A DNA stretch of 51,902 bases from Phycisphaeraceae bacterium (GTDB taxonomy: Bacteria > Planctomycetota > Phycisphaerae > Phycisphaerales > Zrk34). Shown piece after piece: positions 9,793 through 21,204 of the stretch. Location of the stretch: positions 1 through 51,902 of the forward strand of contig JBBDRF010000019.1 of assembly GCA_040905565.1 (NCBI GenBank). Reading direction: 5' to 3'. The notes beneath the pieces are model-generated. The model was not told the origin of the DNA, ran no database searches, and saw only the letters and a list, made by a program, of their open reading frames with translations. Numbering within the stretch: the first letter of the stretch is position 1; every line of letters begins with the position of its first letter. The position numbers and the translations under genes are program-made.

Positions 9793-9813
9793 GCGAGACG
9801 TAGTCTCGCGGCT
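9793..9813 (-). repeat. REP-like palindrome, family B, right copy
   Basis: gcgagacgtagtctcgcggct, the reverse complement of 8726-8746. Confidence 0.8.
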
Positions 9814-9839
9814 GTGCCGATCACGCTACACTGGCGGAC

Positions 9840-11726
9840 ATGGATCTCGACCTCGAAACATTCGAAATCGCCCGGCAGCGCGCCGCCGCCCACCTGCTCG
9901 CCCAGCGGAACGACGCGGGGCACTGGGAAGGGCGACTCTCCAGCAGCGCGCTCTCCACGGCCACCGCCATCACAGCCCTGACGCTGATCGATCGTGCCCA
10001 TAACACCCTTGCCCACGCAGGGCTTATCCGAGTCGGGGCGCGGTGGTTGATCGAGCACCAGAACGCCGACGGCGGCTGGGGCGATACCGATCGCAGTTTC
10101 TCGAACATCTCCACCACCACGCTCGGCTGGGCCGCCCTGGCGCTCGTCGGCCATCAGCTCGATCAACCCGATGCGGAGCGTTCACGCATCGCAGCAACCC
10201 TCGCGGGGCAATGGCTTAGCGAGCAGGCGGGGAGTTTGGATCCGACCGACCTGGCGAAGGCGATCACCGCACGTTACGGCAAGGACCGCACGTTCAGCGT
10301 CCCCATCATCACCATGAGCGTGCTCTGCGGCCGCTTCGGCGAAGGGGCTGACGCATGGCGGCATGTCGTGCAGTTACCCTTTGAACTGGCAGCATTTCCG
10401 CAACGCTGGTACCGCTATCTCAAGCTTCCCGTCGTCAGCTATGCGCTGCCTGCTTTGATCGCGATGGGGCACGTTAAGCATCGGAATCGACCGACGTTGA
10501 ACCCGATCGCCCGGGCGGTGCGATGGCTGACCGGACGCCGCACGCTCCGGGTGCTTGAGCAGATTCAGCCGAGCAACGGCGGGTTTCTCGAAGCGACGCC
10601 CCTGACAAGCTTTGTGACGATGTCGCTGGCCGGGGCGGGGCTCGCGAATCACCCCGTCGCGAAGCAAGGCGTCGCGTTTATCGTCGATTCCGTCAGGCCC
10701 GACGGCAGTTGGCCGATCGATACGAACCTCGCCACGTGGTGCACCACGCTGAGCGTGAACGCCCTCGCAGCAGGCGGAAAACTTGATGAACACCTCGATG
10801 CCGAGGCCCAGAAACCAATTCGTAAGTGGCTTTTTGGTCAGCAGTACCGGAAGACGCATCGTTACACCGCGGCCCCGCCGGGCGGCTGGGCGTGGACTGA
10901 TTTGCCCGGCGGCGTGCCTGATGCCGACGACACCAGCAGCGCCCTGGTCGCCCTGGCGCACCTCAGCCCGCGCAGTGAACGCGTCACCGGCGATCAGCGT
11001 CTCGCAGCGGAGGCGGCGCTCGGCTGGCTGGAGGGTTTACAGAACCGTGACGGGGGGGTGCCGACCTTCTGTCGCGGGTGGGGCACGCTGCCGTTCGATC
11101 GCAGTTGTGCGGACATCACGGCGCACGCCCTGCGCGCATGTGGGCGGTGGACGTTCTCCAGTTCGGCCGGTCGGCTGGCGCGCGAGGGGCAGCGTTTCCT
11201 CGAGGACACGCAGCAAAAGGACGGCTCCTGGCGGCCGTTGTGGTTCGGCAATCAACATCAAGTAACCGAAGAAAACCCCACGTATGGCACCTCGCGGGTG
11301 GTGCTTGGACTGCTTGGGCGCAACAAAGATGCGCACCAGCGTGCCGCTGGGGGAATCGGGTACTTGCTCGCTCAGCAGAATGAAGACGGCGGCTGGGGCG
11401 GCGAGCGGGGCACGCCTTCGACGATCGAGGAGACGGCACTCGCGCTCGAAGCCGTCGCCGCGGCGCTGCACACGCTGGGGGAGGAAGTGCTGGGTGACGA
11501 GGCCGAGGGGGCGCTGGCGCGCGGGACGAATTGGTTGATGGAACGCACGGAAGCGGGCACCCGATTCGACGCGTCGCCGATCGGCTTCTACTTCGCAAAG
11601 CTGTGGTACTACGAATCGCTTTATCCGGTGGTGTGGACGGTCGCGGCGTTTGAGCGGGTGGGCGCTTATCTGGCGAGTCGAAAAGTAGCTCCGACGCTGC
11701 GCGTCGCTGGGGAGATTGGTCACTAG
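9840..11726 (+). CDS. Squalene-hopene-cyclase-like class II terpene cyclase (prenyltransferase/squalene oxidase repeats)
   Basis: PDADDTS (DxDD) motif; QW repeats QNADGGW, RPDGSW, QQKDGSW, QQNEDGGW. Confidence 0.85.
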   Translation: MDLDLETFEIARQRAAAHLLAQRNDAGHWEGRLSSSALSTATAITALTLIDRAHNTLAHAGLIRVGARWLIEHQNADGGWGDTDRSFSNISTTTLGWAALALVGHQLDQPDAERSRIAATLAGQWLSEQAGSLDPTDLAKAITARYGKDRTFSVPIITMSVLCGRFGEGADAWRHVVQLPFELAAFPQRWYRYLKLPVVSYALPALIAMGHVKHRNRPTLNPIARAVRWLTGRRTLRVLEQIQPSNGGFLEATPLTSFVTMSLAGAGLANHPVAKQGVAFIVDSVRPDGSWPIDTNLATWCTTLSVNALAAGGKLDEHLDAEAQKPIRKWLFGQQYRKTHRYTAAPPGGWAWTDLPGGVPDADDTSSALVALAHLSPRSERVTGDQRLAAEAALGWLEGLQNRDGGVPTFCRGWGTLPFDRSCADITAHALRACGRWTFSSSAGRLAREGQRFLEDTQQKDGSWRPLWFGNQHQVTEENPTYGTSRVVLGLLGRNKDAHQRAAGGIGYLLAQQNEDGGWGGERGTPSTIEETALALEAVAAALHTLGEEVLGDEAEGALARGTNWLMERTEAGTRFDASPIGFYFAKLWYYESLYPVVWTVAAFERVGAYLASRKVAPTLRVAGEIGH

Positions 11727-11769
11727 GCAATAGGCAATTGGCATTGGTTATTGGTGGGGGGGGCGCATG

Positions 11770-11804
11770 AAAAAGGCCCGCCGGTTTTGGGCCGGCGGGC
11801 CTTT
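11770..11804. terminator. Bidirectional intrinsic terminator
   Basis: aaaaaggcccgccgg-ttttggg-ccggcgggccttt between convergent genes. Confidence 0.8.
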
Positions 11805-11839
11805 GGTTTGTTATAGCCTGGGACCAGGGGGGTCTGGTA

Positions 11840-14383
11840 TCAGGTGGTGCTGGGGGTGGCCGTGTCGGACTTAGCCGAGTCGCCCTTGCCCTTGTCCTTA
11901 TCTTCCTTCGCCTGGGTGACGGCGTCGATGCTCAAGCCGGGGTCATCTTCTCTGTAGGTGATGTTCACCCGCTGCTTGCCTTCGAAGTCGCCTCGGAGGA
12001 TGGCTTCACTCAGGGCGTCCTCGACATACTGTTCGATCGCACGACGCAGAGGTCGAGCACCGAAGTCGGGGTTGTAACCCTTCTTCATGAGGAAGTCCTT
12101 GGCAGGCTGATCGAGCTCGAGTTCAAGCTCGCGTTCGGCCAGCCGCGCCCGAACCTTGCGAAGCTCGTACTCGACGATCGACTCAAGGTCCTCACGGTTG
12201 AGCGGACGGAAGACGATGACTTCGTCGAGACGGTTGATGAACTCGGGGCGGAAGTACCGCTCGATTTCCTTATTGAGCAGGCCACGCATGCCTTCGTAGC
12301 TGGTCTCTTCGTCCTGCTTGGTGAAGCCGAAGCTTGTGCCGCCGCCCTTGATCAGATCGGCCCCGATGTTCGAGGTCATGATCAGGATGACGTTGCGGAA
12401 GTCGACGCTTCGGCCGAAGGAATCGGTCAGTCGGCCTTCTTCCATGATCTGGAGAAGCATGTTGAAGACATCGGGGTGCGCCTTTTCGATCTCATCGAGG
12501 AGCACGACGGCGTAAGGCCGCCGGCGGATGGTCTCGGTGAGCTGGCCACCTTCTTCGTAGCCGACGTATCCTGGAGGCGCGCCGATGAGGCGTGAAACGT
12601 TGTGCTTCTCCATGTACTCGGACATGTCCAGATGCACGAGCGCTTCTTCGTCGCCGAAGAGGAACTCCGCGAGCGCCTTGGAGAGCAGCGTTTTGCCGAC
12701 GCCGGACGGGCCGACGAAGATGAAGCTGCCCATGGGTCGCTTGGGATCTTTCAGGCCCGAGCGGGCACGGCGGATCGCCTTGGCGACGGACTTGATGGCC
12801 TCGTGCTGAGAGACGACTTTCTTGTGAAGCTCGTCTTCCAGTTTGAGCAGGCGTTCGGATTCTGCCTTCTCAAGGCGAGTCAGCGGGACGCCGGTCATCT
12901 TGGAGACGACCTCCGCGACGACCTCTTCGTCGACGACGCCGTCGACTTCGTTCGCACGCTGCCGCCATTCTTTCTGGATGGTCTCCTTCTTCTTGCGGAG
13001 GCCTTCCTGCTGATCGCGGATCTTCGCAGCCCGCTCGTAATCAGCACTCTTGACGGCTTCGTCCTTCTCGAGGCCGAGGCGTTCGATCTGCTCTTCGATG
13101 TCGGTGAGATCCGGGGGCTTGCTCATGCTCTTGAGTCTGACCCGTGCGCCGCCTTCGTCGATCACGTCGATGCTCTTGTCCGGCTGAACGCGGCCGGTGA
13201 TGTAGCGGTCGGAGAGTTCGACGGCTCGCTTGAGCGCTTCGTCGGTGATCTGCACGCGGTGGTGAGCTTCGTAGCGATCGCGCAGACCCTTGAGGATCTC
13301 GAAGCTCTGCTCCTTGCTCGGCTGATTCACGATGATGGTCTGGAAGCGGCGCTCGAGAGCGCCGTCCTTCTCGATGTACTTGCGGTACTCGTCCATCGTG
13401 GTCGCACCGACGCACTGGATCTCGCCACGGCTGAGGGCGGGCTTGAGCACGTTGGAAGCGTCGATCGCGCCTTCAGCGCCACCGGCCCCGACCAGCGTGT
13501 GAAGCTCGTCGATGAAGAGGATGACGTTCTTGGCACGCCGAACCTCGTTCATCACAGCCTTGATGCGCTCTTCGAACTGGCCGCGGTACTTGGTGCCAGC
13601 GACCATCATCGCGAGGTCGAGAACGACGATGCGACGATCGTGGAGGATGTCGGGCACGTCGCCTGCGATGATCTTCGAAGCGAGACCTTCGACGATGGCC
13701 GTCTTGCCGACGCCCGCTTCGCCGATGAGCACGGGGTTGTTCTTCGTGCGGCGGCAGAGGATCTGCACGACGCGTTCGATTTCGTTGGCACGACCGATGA
13801 CGGGGTCAAGCTCGTTGCCTCGCGCCATTTCGGTGAGGTCACGGCCGAAGCTGTCGAGCGCTGGGGTACGGCTCTTGCCGCCCTTCTTGCCGGCTTCGGG
13901 ACCGCCTGCTTCGGGGCCCATTTCGGGCGGCGCGTCGCTGGAGGAGCCTGCACCGAGGAGGTTGAGCACCTCTTCGCGGACTTCCTCGAGCTTGAGGCCG
14001 AGGTTCATGAGCACCTGGGCGGCGACGCCGTCGTGCTCACGCAGCAGGCCGAGCAGGAGGTGTTCGGTGCCGACGTAGTTGTGGTTGAGGTTGCGGGCTT
14101 CCTCAATGGCGTACTCGATGACCTTCTTGGCACGCGGGGTTTGCGGAAGCTTACCCATGGTGACCATATCGGGGCCGCTTTTGACGAGCTTTTCCACCTC
14201 CAGGCGGACCTTGCGGAGGTCCACGTCGAGATTTTTGAGGACATTGGCACCCACGCCCGAGCCTTCTTTGACGAGGCCGAGGAGGATGTGTTCGGTGCCG
14301 ATGTACTCGTGATTGAAGCGTTGGGCTTCCTGGTTGGCCAGGGCCATGACCTTACGAGCACGGTCGGTGAATCTTTCAAACAT
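11840..14383 (-). CDS. clpC: ATP-dependent Clp protease ATPase subunit ClpC
   Basis: [13 protein letters not shown]-domain repeats, two AAA+ modules ([16 protein letters not shown]), UVR-type middle domain. Confidence 0.95.
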   Translation of the reverse strand: MFERFTDRARKVMALANQEAQRFNHEYIGTEHILLGLVKEGSGVGANVLKNLDVDLRKVRLEVEKLVKSGPDMVTMGKLPQTPRAKKVIEYAIEEARNLNHNYVGTEHLLLGLLREHDGVAAQVLMNLGLKLEEVREEVLNLLGAGSSSDAPPEMGPEAGGPEAGKKGGKSRTPALDSFGRDLTEMARGNELDPVIGRANEIERVVQILCRRTKNNPVLIGEAGVGKTAIVEGLASKIIAGDVPDILHDRRIVVLDLAMMVAGTKYRGQFEERIKAVMNEVRRAKNVILFIDELHTLVGAGGAEGAIDASNVLKPALSRGEIQCVGATTMDEYRKYIEKDGALERRFQTIIVNQPSKEQSFEILKGLRDRYEAHHRVQITDEALKRAVELSDRYITGRVQPDKSIDVIDEGGARVRLKSMSKPPDLTDIEEQIERLGLEKDEAVKSADYERAAKIRDQQEGLRKKKETIQKEWRQRANEVDGVVDEEVVAEVVSKMTGVPLTRLEKAESERLLKLEDELHKKVVSQHEAIKSVAKAIRRARSGLKDPKRPMGSFIFVGPSGVGKTLLSKALAEFLFGDEEALVHLDMSEYMEKHNVSRLIGAPPGYVGYEEGGQLTETIRRRPYAVVLLDEIEKAHPDVFNMLLQIMEEGRLTDSFGRSVDFRNVILIMTSNIGADLIKGGGTSFGFTKQDEETSYEGMRGLLNKEIERYFRPEFINRLDEVIVFRPLNREDLESIVEYELRKVRARLAERELELELDQPAKDFLMKKGYNPDFGARPLRRAIEQYVEDALSEAILRGDFEGKQRVNITYREDDPGLSIDAVTQAKEDKDKGKGDSAKSDTATPSTT

Positions 14384-14579
14384 GGCATTCTCCGGATATC
14401 AGGCCGAGCCGCCTAATCGCGACGCGGCGTTAACTGTACTACTGGGCATTATAGCCGAAGGTTCGGGTGAACCGGGGAAATCGGCTTCAATGGCCGTTAA
14501 ATTCGCTGGTTAGAGTATCGGTCCGCGGGGAGGTTTGTGACGATAATCCCCCCGTCCACGCGACGCCTTCTGGCGGGAA

Positions 14580-16799
14580 TCAAGCACGAGCCAGTCGACG
14601 GGCGATGGTGCCCAACAGTGTAGGCCGGTTTATCGGTTTGGTCATGTAATCGTCGCAGCCCGAGGCGAGGCAGCGGGCGCGATCTTCCGAAGCGGCGTGG
14701 GCGGTGAGCGCGATGATCGGCCTGATGTAGCCGTGGCTGCGAAGTCTGGCGGTGGCCTGGTATCCGTCGAGTGTCGGCATTTGCATGTCCATGAGGATGA
14801 TATCGAACGGGTTTTCATCACGCTGGGCTTGGAGGGCCTGGGCGACGGCCGCTTCGCCGTCGGCGGCGAGGGCCACGTGAGCGCCGGCTTCTTCGAGGAG
14901 AAATTTCAGGAGCATCTGGTTGTCGGGGCCGTCTTCCGCCACGAGCAGCCGGGTGCCTGACAGATCGACATGGTCGGCTAGCCGGTCGGCGGCTTCATCC
15001 TCGGCGGCGGAGGGGGCGGCGTCCGACTCGCCCTGCTGGGGGTTGATCAGCGCCAAGGCTTCGGCCGGGCCCGCATCAAGATTGACGCAGAAGGTTGTGC
15101 CCTCGCCCGGCTGCGAACAGACGGTCAGCGTGGCGCCCATCAGGTGCGCGAGACGGCCTGCAATGGCGAGGCCGAGCCCCGTGCCGCCGAAGCGCCGGGT
15201 TGTGGAGGCGTCCGCCTGAACGAAGGGCTTGAAGATCCGCTCGATCTGCTTACTGTTCATCCCGATGCCGGTGTCGGCGACGCAGAGGCGCAGCTGTGCT
15301 CGCGGCCCCTCGGGCGATTGAATTTCCGGGCCGAGTTCGAGGGTGATTTTGACGTGTCCGTCTTGGGTGAACTTGATGGCATTGCCGACGAGGTTGATGA
15401 GCACCTGCCGCAGGCGGGTGGGGTCGGTATGGATAGTGCGGGGGATCGGCGCGGGGCAGTGCACTTCGAGCTTGAGGTGCTTCTCCACTGCCCGGTGCCG
15501 CAGCATGTCGACGGCTTCTTCGACCAGTTCGAACGGTGAGCAGGGGATCTGCTCGACGGTCATGCAACCGGCTTCGATCTTCGAAAGATCGAGCACATCC
15601 TCGACGAGCCGAAGCAGATGATTGGCGTTCCGGCGAACGGTGCGGAGGCTTCGCGCCTGCTCGGACTGATCAAGCCTGCCCGAGGCGAGCAGTTCGACGT
15701 AACCGACGATGGCGTTCATCGGCGAGCGGATTTCGTGGCTGATGTTGCCGAGGAATTCGCTCTTGGCGCGGTTGGCGGCCTCGGCCTCGGCGTGGGCGGC
15801 GATGAGACGCTGATTGATCGCCGACCGTGCCTGCTCGGCGAATCGGCGTCGCTCAGCTTCCATGGCCAGCGCGAGCTGACTGCTCACGGTGTAGGCGAAG
15901 TTGATCTCGTCAAGCGACCACGTCCGCTGGGTGCCGACATGTTCCACACAGAGCACCCCGGCGGGCACGCCGTCGACCTGCAGGGGCGTGTCGAGCATGG
16001 AGGTGATGTTCATGGGCTTGAGGTAATGTTCGGTGAGCCTGGCGGTGCGGGGATCGGTCCAAGCGTCGTTGCAGATGACGGGGGGGTCGTGCGCGATGGC
16101 GCGGAAATACTCAGGATAATCATCGCGGTGAATGGCGATGTTGGTGTCGCCGCGGGGCTTTTCGGTGGACAGCTCGGTCATGGCCAGGGTGTCGCCGCAG
16201 CCGTTGAGCATCCAGATGCTGACGCGGGCGGCGTCGAGGGTTTCACGCATGATCGTCAAGGTGCGGCGCTGAAATTGCGGGAGATCGCTGGAATATTCGC
16301 GCGAGAGCTTGGCCATCTCCAGCATCGCCTGGCTTTGTTTCTGGAGCCGTTGCTGCGAGCTGACCATGGCATGGTGGGACATGTTCTCCCAGGTGCTGTC
16401 GTGATGGGTGAGGACAATCCGAAGCTCGCCCTCCGACGACCGAAACCGCGTGATGCGGACGCTGTACCAGATGGAGGTGCCGGCATCATCGCAGACGTAT
16501 TCGTGCTCGTGAAGCTGACACCGGCCCCGCGCGACCTGGTCGATGGCGAGTTCGATCTGGCGCGCGTCATCGCAGCCGTTGGCGGCGGCGCGGCGGCAGA
16601 CTTCCAGGTAATTCGAGCCTTCGCAGAGGGTGCCGGGGAATGCGGATTCGGCTGCGGCGAAGCCACGCCACGCCCGGTTCACCGCGATGATGGTGCCGGC
16701 CTGATCGAGCACCGCGACATGCTGAGACAGACCATCCACCACGCCTTGAGCGAGCTGGGCGGTGTCGACATCGGTTCTATTCGGCGTCACTTGCGGCAT
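14580..16799 (-). CDS. Hybrid sensor histidine kinase (PAS-GAF-HisKA-HATPase-REC)
   Basis: [13 protein letters not shown]-box, [23 protein letters not shown], receiver AEDG...LMDMQMP...TKP; start codon uncertain. Confidence 0.9.
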   Translation of the reverse strand: MPQVTPNRTDVDTAQLAQGVVDGLSQHVAVLDQAGTIIAVNRAWRGFAAAESAFPGTLCEGSNYLEVCRRAAANGCDDARQIELAIDQVARGRCQLHEHEYVCDDAGTSIWYSVRITRFRSSEGELRIVLTHHDSTWENMSHHAMVSSQQRLQKQSQAMLEMAKLSREYSSDLPQFQRRTLTIMRETLDAARVSIWMLNGCGDTLAMTELSTEKPRGDTNIAIHRDDYPEYFRAIAHDPPVICNDAWTDPRTARLTEHYLKPMNITSMLDTPLQVDGVPAGVLCVEHVGTQRTWSLDEINFAYTVSSQLALAMEAERRRFAEQARSAINQRLIAAHAEAEAANRAKSEFLGNISHEIRSPMNAIVGYVELLASGRLDQSEQARSLRTVRRNANHLLRLVEDVLDLSKIEAGCMTVEQIPCSPFELVEEAVDMLRHRAVEKHLKLEVHCPAPIPRTIHTDPTRLRQVLINLVGNAIKFTQDGHVKITLELGPEIQSPEGPRAQLRLCVADTGIGMNSKQIERIFKPFVQADASTTRRFGGTGLGLAIAGRLAHLMGATLTVCSQPGEGTTFCVNLDAGPAEALALINPQQGESDAAPSAAEDEAADRLADHVDLSGTRLLVAEDGPDNQMLLKFLLEEAGAHVALAADGEAAVAQALQAQRDENPFDIILMDMQMPTLDGYQATARLRSHGYIRPIIALTAHAASEDRARCLASGCDDYMTKPINRPTLLGTIARRLARA

Positions 16800-16932
16800 C
16801 GCGCGATCGACCTCCAGTCGGCAACCGTTCGCACAAAATCGTGCGGCGAGGCAACCTTGTGTATCGATCATTTCATCGGCATAAACACGTGCCGACTTGG
16901 GCGGGGAAGGCGTGGGGATGAGCCAAAGAAGG

Positions 16933-17829
16933 CTACGCAGGGGTCGCGTCGGCGAGCAGCATGCGGGGATGGCCTTCCAGATCAGCCAGCACGCGGGGCT
17001 GATGCAGGCCTCTCGCAGCCTGCGCCAGTTCCAGCACCGCCTGCTTCTGCGATGCGGCGATCTCCAGCACCAGCTGCCCCGGCCGATCAAGATGCGCCCC
17101 CGCCCCGGCGATCAAAGGCCGAAGCGCGTCCAGCCCGTCGGCCCCGGCCCGCAGCGCGGAGACCGGCTCGTAGTCCTTCACGTTCGCTGCGACCTGCTCC
17201 CACTCGGCGTCGGGGATGTAAGGCGGATTCGAAATCAGATAGTGAAACAGCTCGCCATGCAGCGGCTCCAGCAGCGAGCCGTGACGAAACGTGATGCGAT
17301 CGGCGACGCCGTGCCGCTCCGCGTTTTCACGCGCCACGGCCAGGGCGGGCTCGCTGAGATCCGTGGCGACGACGCGCGCGTTCGGCAGATTCTTCGCGAT
17401 GGCGATGGCGATGCAACCGGTGCCGGTGCCGATGTCGGCGATGCGTGGCTCGACAAATCCGGGCGTAACACGCGTGTGATGAATGACGTGTTCGACGAGC
17501 GTTTCGGTCGACGGCCGGGGGATCAACGTGGCCGGGGTGACCTTGAAGGTGAGCGAGAAAAAGTGCGCTTCGCCCAGCAGATACTGCACGGGGTGATGGG
17601 CGGAGGCCTTTTCAACCAGCTCACGAAAAGCCGCGAGTTCCAGCGGGCTCGCCGGCCGGTCCAGCTCCATGTACAGCTTGATGCGAGGGACTTCCAGGAC
17701 GTGCGCGAGCAGCAACTCGGCGGCGAGGCGTGCGTCTTCCACACCTTTCTGTGTGAGGTGGCCGCTGGTCCATTCCAGCAGACGGCGGGTCGTCCAGCGA
17801 GGCTCAGCATCGGCTGCGCGTGTGTGCAT
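16933..17829 (-). CDS. prmC: Release factor glutamine N5-methyltransferase
   Basis: LIPRPSTE, DIGTGTGCIA, ISNPPYI motifs. Confidence 0.93.
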   Translation of the reverse strand: MHTRAADAEPRWTTRRLLEWTSGHLTQKGVEDARLAAELLLAHVLEVPRIKLYMELDRPASPLELAAFRELVEKASAHHPVQYLLGEAHFFSLTFKVTPATLIPRPSTETLVEHVIHHTRVTPGFVEPRIADIGTGTGCIAIAIAKNLPNARVVATDLSEPALAVARENAERHGVADRITFRHGSLLEPLHGELFHYLISNPPYIPDAEWEQVAANVKDYEPVSALRAGADGLDALRPLIAGAGAHLDRPGQLVLEIAASQKQAVLELAQAARGLHQPRVLADLEGHPRMLLADATPA

Positions 17830-17856
17830 GCGGCCGATTGTAGCCGAATCGCCGGT

Positions 17857-18900
17857 TCAATCGACCGCGAGCGTCTCAGCCGCTTCGTCGAGCAGTCCCA
17901 GGATGTCGGTGTAGTGCTGCCGGGGGAAGCGGTTGAACAGGACGGCGAAGTCGATCCCGTCGGCCCGCTGGCGGATGAGGGACATGGTGCCCGGCATGCC
18001 GCCGAAGAACGCATAGGTGCGGCCGTTGCGGGCGGTGCGTGGTTCGCCGCTGATCCAGAAGGTGTCCATGAATCGGCAGAGGTCGGGAGCGTTGGCGATG
18101 AGGCCGCCGTGCGCGTCCATGCGTTCGATGTGCAGATCCCCGTCACGGATCGGATAGTGCACCTCTTCATCGGGCCGATCGGCGGCATGGGTGCGGCCCA
18201 GCGCCAGCGAGGGCATGCCCGCCGGCTGAGCGACCCGCTTCAACGTCGCCTCTGTGAACGTTTCGCCGGTCACCGCTTCGACCACGCGGCCGAGCAGGCA
18301 GTAGCCGAAGTTGGAGTAGGCCGAGCGTTCGCCGGGGTCGAAATCCAAAGGCCGGGCGAGCATGAACGTGATGATCTCGTCAGCGGTCGGAGGATGTTCG
18401 GTGCCCAGCAACTGCTGCACATCGCCGTCGCGGAACATGGGATCGCCGGACTTCCCGCGATCGAACCCGCCCTCGTGGGCGAGCAGATGAGCGATGGTGA
18501 TCTGGCTCCAGCGCGGATCCATCGACGCGCCCTCGGGGGGCTGAAGCTCGAGCACATCCACCAAGCGCGTCTCCAGACTCAGCTTCTCTTCCGCGATCAA
18601 GTCACGCACCACCGCCGAGGCGATCGGCTTGGCGACACTGGCGATGCGGAACGGCGTGTCGGGCGTCACCGGCTGCGTCTCGTCGGCATCGCGGAAGCCG
18701 AACCCCGCGGTGTGCACGATCTCGCCGTTGATGCTGACGGCCAGCGAGCCAGCCGCGATCTCGTGCTCGGCCATGAACTTTTTCACGACTTCATCAAATG
18801 CCTGGAATTCCCCGGCTGCCTCTTCCGCCGCGGTCGCGGTGCCGACGAATAGAAGCGTCAGCACGAGAACGACGCAGATGGAGAGGTAAAACTGGCTCAT
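17857..18900 (-). CDS. Secreted serine hydrolase, beta-lactamase class C-like family
   Basis: FRIASVAK (SxxK), YSNFGY (YxN), signal peptide. Confidence 0.88.
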   Translation of the reverse strand: MSQFYLSICVVLVLTLLFVGTATAAEEAAGEFQAFDEVVKKFMAEHEIAAGSLAVSINGEIVHTAGFGFRDADETQPVTPDTPFRIASVAKPIASAVVRDLIAEEKLSLETRLVDVLELQPPEGASMDPRWSQITIAHLLAHEGGFDRGKSGDPMFRDGDVQQLLGTEHPPTADEIITFMLARPLDFDPGERSAYSNFGYCLLGRVVEAVTGETFTEATLKRVAQPAGMPSLALGRTHAADRPDEEVHYPIRDGDLHIERMDAHGGLIANAPDLCRFMDTFWISGEPRTARNGRTYAFFGGMPGTMSLIRQRADGIDFAVLFNRFPRQHYTDILGLLDEAAETLAVD

Positions 18901-19325
18901 TCGGTCTCCTCACCGGCATCACGGTGACGCGGGTCGAAGGTCGATCGCAACTGGCGCGCGTGGTCCAGCAGTTCGTCGGGGTCGATCGGCTCAGACGGCG
19001 ACAGATCGTAGTGCCAGTGCAGATTCACATGCTGATCGCCCGGCAGCGCCTCGGCCACCAGGTCCGGGCCCGGCGTCTCCCACCACGGCGCCTCGGCCTC
19101 CGTGGCGGTCTGAAGCGTCTCGTATCCCTCGCGCTCGAGGCGGACATCGTAAACGCCGTAGAACGTGAACGGCACCCGCAAAGGCGTGCGGCCGACCTCC
19201 ACATCATTCAGATAAACCAGCGCTTCGGGTGGATCGGATGTGACGGTGATCGTCCGCTGCACGCACCCTCCCGCGAGAACAACGGCGAACAGCGCAAGCG
19301 TCAGTAGTACATTTCTTGCTGGCAT
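18897..19325 (-). CDS. PEGA-domain lipoprotein
   Basis: LAGGC lipobox, VTSDPPEALVYLNDVEVGRTP...LEREGY. ATG 19325 chosen from the -10 spacing; alternative ATG at 19334. Confidence 0.8.
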   Translation of the reverse strand: MPARNVLLTLALFAVVLAGGCVQRTITVTSDPPEALVYLNDVEVGRTPLRVPFTFYGVYDVRLEREGYETLQTATEAEAPWWETPGPDLVAEALPGDQHVNLHWHYDLSPSEPIDPDELLDHARQLRSTFDPRHRDAGEETE

Positions 19326-19401
19326 GACGAACATTGTAATCCGCGCGTTGGCAGCGGGAAAGGTGCGTGCGAGAATCACGTACCACTGGTGGCGTGTTCG
19401 G

Positions 19402-19430
19402 TACTGGTGGACAAGCGTCCCGTGGCACAC
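19402..19430 (-). repeat. Degenerate REP-like copy, family E
   Basis: tactggtggacaagcgtcccgtggcacac, similar to 40344-40373 and 48220-48247. Confidence 0.55.
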
Positions 19431-19513
19431 GAGGGCGCCGCTGTCCCACCCCATAAAAAAACTCTCCCATTACGGGAGAGTTTCAATGAGGCGAGTTTTT
19501 CGGAAAAGCCGGG

Positions 19514-20269
19514 TCAGTCGACCAGACCGGCGACGTCGATGCGGAACATCTTATCGAGGAAGCCCGCGTGGATGCCGCCCACTCTGATTTCCTCAGCCTG
19601 GCGCCAGCTGACGCTGCCGTCTTCGAAGAGGAAGTTCAAACCGAGAATGCCCAGGTCCGAATTCGTCAGATGCGAGGAACGGGCTTCGTGCAGTTCGCCG
19701 TTTTCCTCGGTGTACAGGTCGAACATGATCGGTGCGGAGGAATAGGGGCCGTCGAACCGAGTCTTGTTCGTCCAGCCATCGGCCGGTGTGTATTCGAACC
19801 CGGGGCCGCCGATGTGGCGGTTGGGCAGGTAGCCGTAGCCGAGGTTGGCGTCAGGGTCGTGACGGCGCAGATCGCCGACTGTGGGGCAGAACTGGATGGA
19901 AGCGGCACGATCGGCGATTTCCTGAGCGTCCCAGTCCACGAGGTAATTGCCGAAGAATTCGTGAATCTGGGCCTGCGTATCCGACCGCCGATCGATGTGC
20001 ATCGGAGCGGGCGGAGCAATCGTGCTGGCCACGACGAAGTTGTTGTTCTTGTCCCCGGCCCACATATGAAGCGATGTGCCCCACTGACGAAGGCTCGCGG
20101 CACACTGAATCTTGATCGCTTCCTGCCGGGCGCGCCCAAGCGCCGGAAGCAGAATCGCCATCAGCAACGCGATGATGCCCACAACCACCAGCAACTCGAT
20201 CAGGGTAAAGCCAGCCGTGAATCGGCGACCGTTCGAACTTCGCGCGGCGCGCCTATAGAAATCACCCAT
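19514..20269 (-). CDS. Prepilin-type N-terminal cleavage/methylation domain protein (DUF1559-like, H-X-DG C-terminus)
   Basis: [30 protein letters not shown]...NFLFEDGSV. Confidence 0.88.
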   Translation of the reverse strand: MGDFYRRAARSSNGRRFTAGFTLIELLVVVGIIALLMAILLPALGRARQEAIKIQCAASLRQWGTSLHMWAGDKNNNFVVASTIAPPAPMHIDRRSDTQAQIHEFFGNYLVDWDAQEIADRAASIQFCPTVGDLRRHDPDANLGYGYLPNRHIGGPGFEYTPADGWTNKTRFDGPYSSAPIMFDLYTEENGELHEARSSHLTNSDLGILGLNFLFEDGSVSWRQAEEIRVGGIHAGFLDKMFRIDVAGLVD

Positions 20270-20643
20270 CACCTTCTCCTCCAAATATCAACACAAATAG
20301 AACGCGGTCTCTCTAACGTGGCCGCCATTGTAGAGATTATTCGTCACATCGCCAGCAATGGCTCGAAGCATCAGCGAGCAACCGCCTCGCGTAAACCTTG
20401 CCCCGACTCATACAAACGTGGTGCGGGTAGGGTCTGCCTATAAAAAAGCCTTCGTTCCCGGGAAGTCCTGCCTAGCCCCTTCGGGACGAGGGGAGCGTCA
20501 GTCGGCCGGGCCGACGACGCCGACGAGAACGGCTCGGCGGATCAATCCTTGATTGCCTCCCGAGTTCGGCTGCCCCACCCGCAACGGGTGCGATATAATC
20601 GGCGCCTTGCTGGAAGGAGCCTCTGCCGACTTTGCCCACGCCG

Positions 20644-21144
20644 ATGCGGATCAACAAACGTCACGCCACCGACCGCGTTCGGCCGGACTACGCTCACGTC
20701 GGTCTGCTCGATACCACGGACCGGGAGTTGTGGATCGCCCGCCGGAAGTTCAACGTCACCCCCATCCGCGTCTCACACGCCCGGCTGCTGACCGGCGGCT
20801 CGAACACCGCCAGCGTCGCTGACAAGGACCGCTTCCTCTGCTACTGGTATCACACGCCCGACACCGGCACCGGGCTGCTGCACGGCTACCCCATCGAATG
20901 GGACGAAGCACACCTGATGGTCCGACTGGATCCGACGTGGGACTACCGCAACCAGACGCTGCTGAGCAATGCGACCGACGCTCACCGCATCGAGCAGAAC
21001 ATCGAACAGCAGTACCGCTGGGGCCAATACATTTTCGACAGCTACGCCCAGCTCGCCCCGAAATTCCCCCTCAGCTGGCACCTCATCGGCCCCCGCCCCG
21101 CGGATTCCATGTTCTATATTCAGCGGTTCGAAGCGACGGTGTGA
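20644..21144 (+). CDS. Hypothetical cytoplasmic protein
   Basis: Host-like codon usage, TATAAT and GGAG upstream; no family recognised; alternative TTG start at 20632. Confidence 0.7.
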   Translation: MRINKRHATDRVRPDYAHVGLLDTTDRELWIARRKFNVTPIRVSHARLLTGGSNTASVADKDRFLCYWYHTPDTGTGLLHGYPIEWDEAHLMVRLDPTWDYRNQTLLSNATDAHRIEQNIEQQYRWGQYIFDSYAQLAPKFPLSWHLIGPRPADSMFYIQRFEATV

Positions 21145-21161
21145 GGGAATGCTCTGCTTAC

Positions 21162-21190
21162 GGGTGCCCCGGCCAGCGAAGACGGCCGGG
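21162..21190 (+). repeat. REP-like palindrome, family C, left copy
   Basis: gggtgccccggccagcgaagacggccggg. Confidence 0.75.
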
Positions 21191-21204
21191 CGGGAAACCG
21201 CAAA

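Noticed and set aside
8793..10166. 457-aa extension of the MORN-variant ORF in the track
   Set aside because: Overlaps the cyclase gene and the REP; the signal peptide supports a start at 9722
12602..14416. Long antisense ORFs (604 aa opposite clpC; similarly 16897-18852, 15618-17294, 700-1995)
   Set aside because: Shadow ORFs expected from high-GC codon bias opposite well-supported genes; no recognisable motifs
20400..20560. Structured-looking intergenic region considered as riboswitch or ncRNA
   Set aside because: Only short GC hairpins; no conserved aptamer motif recognised
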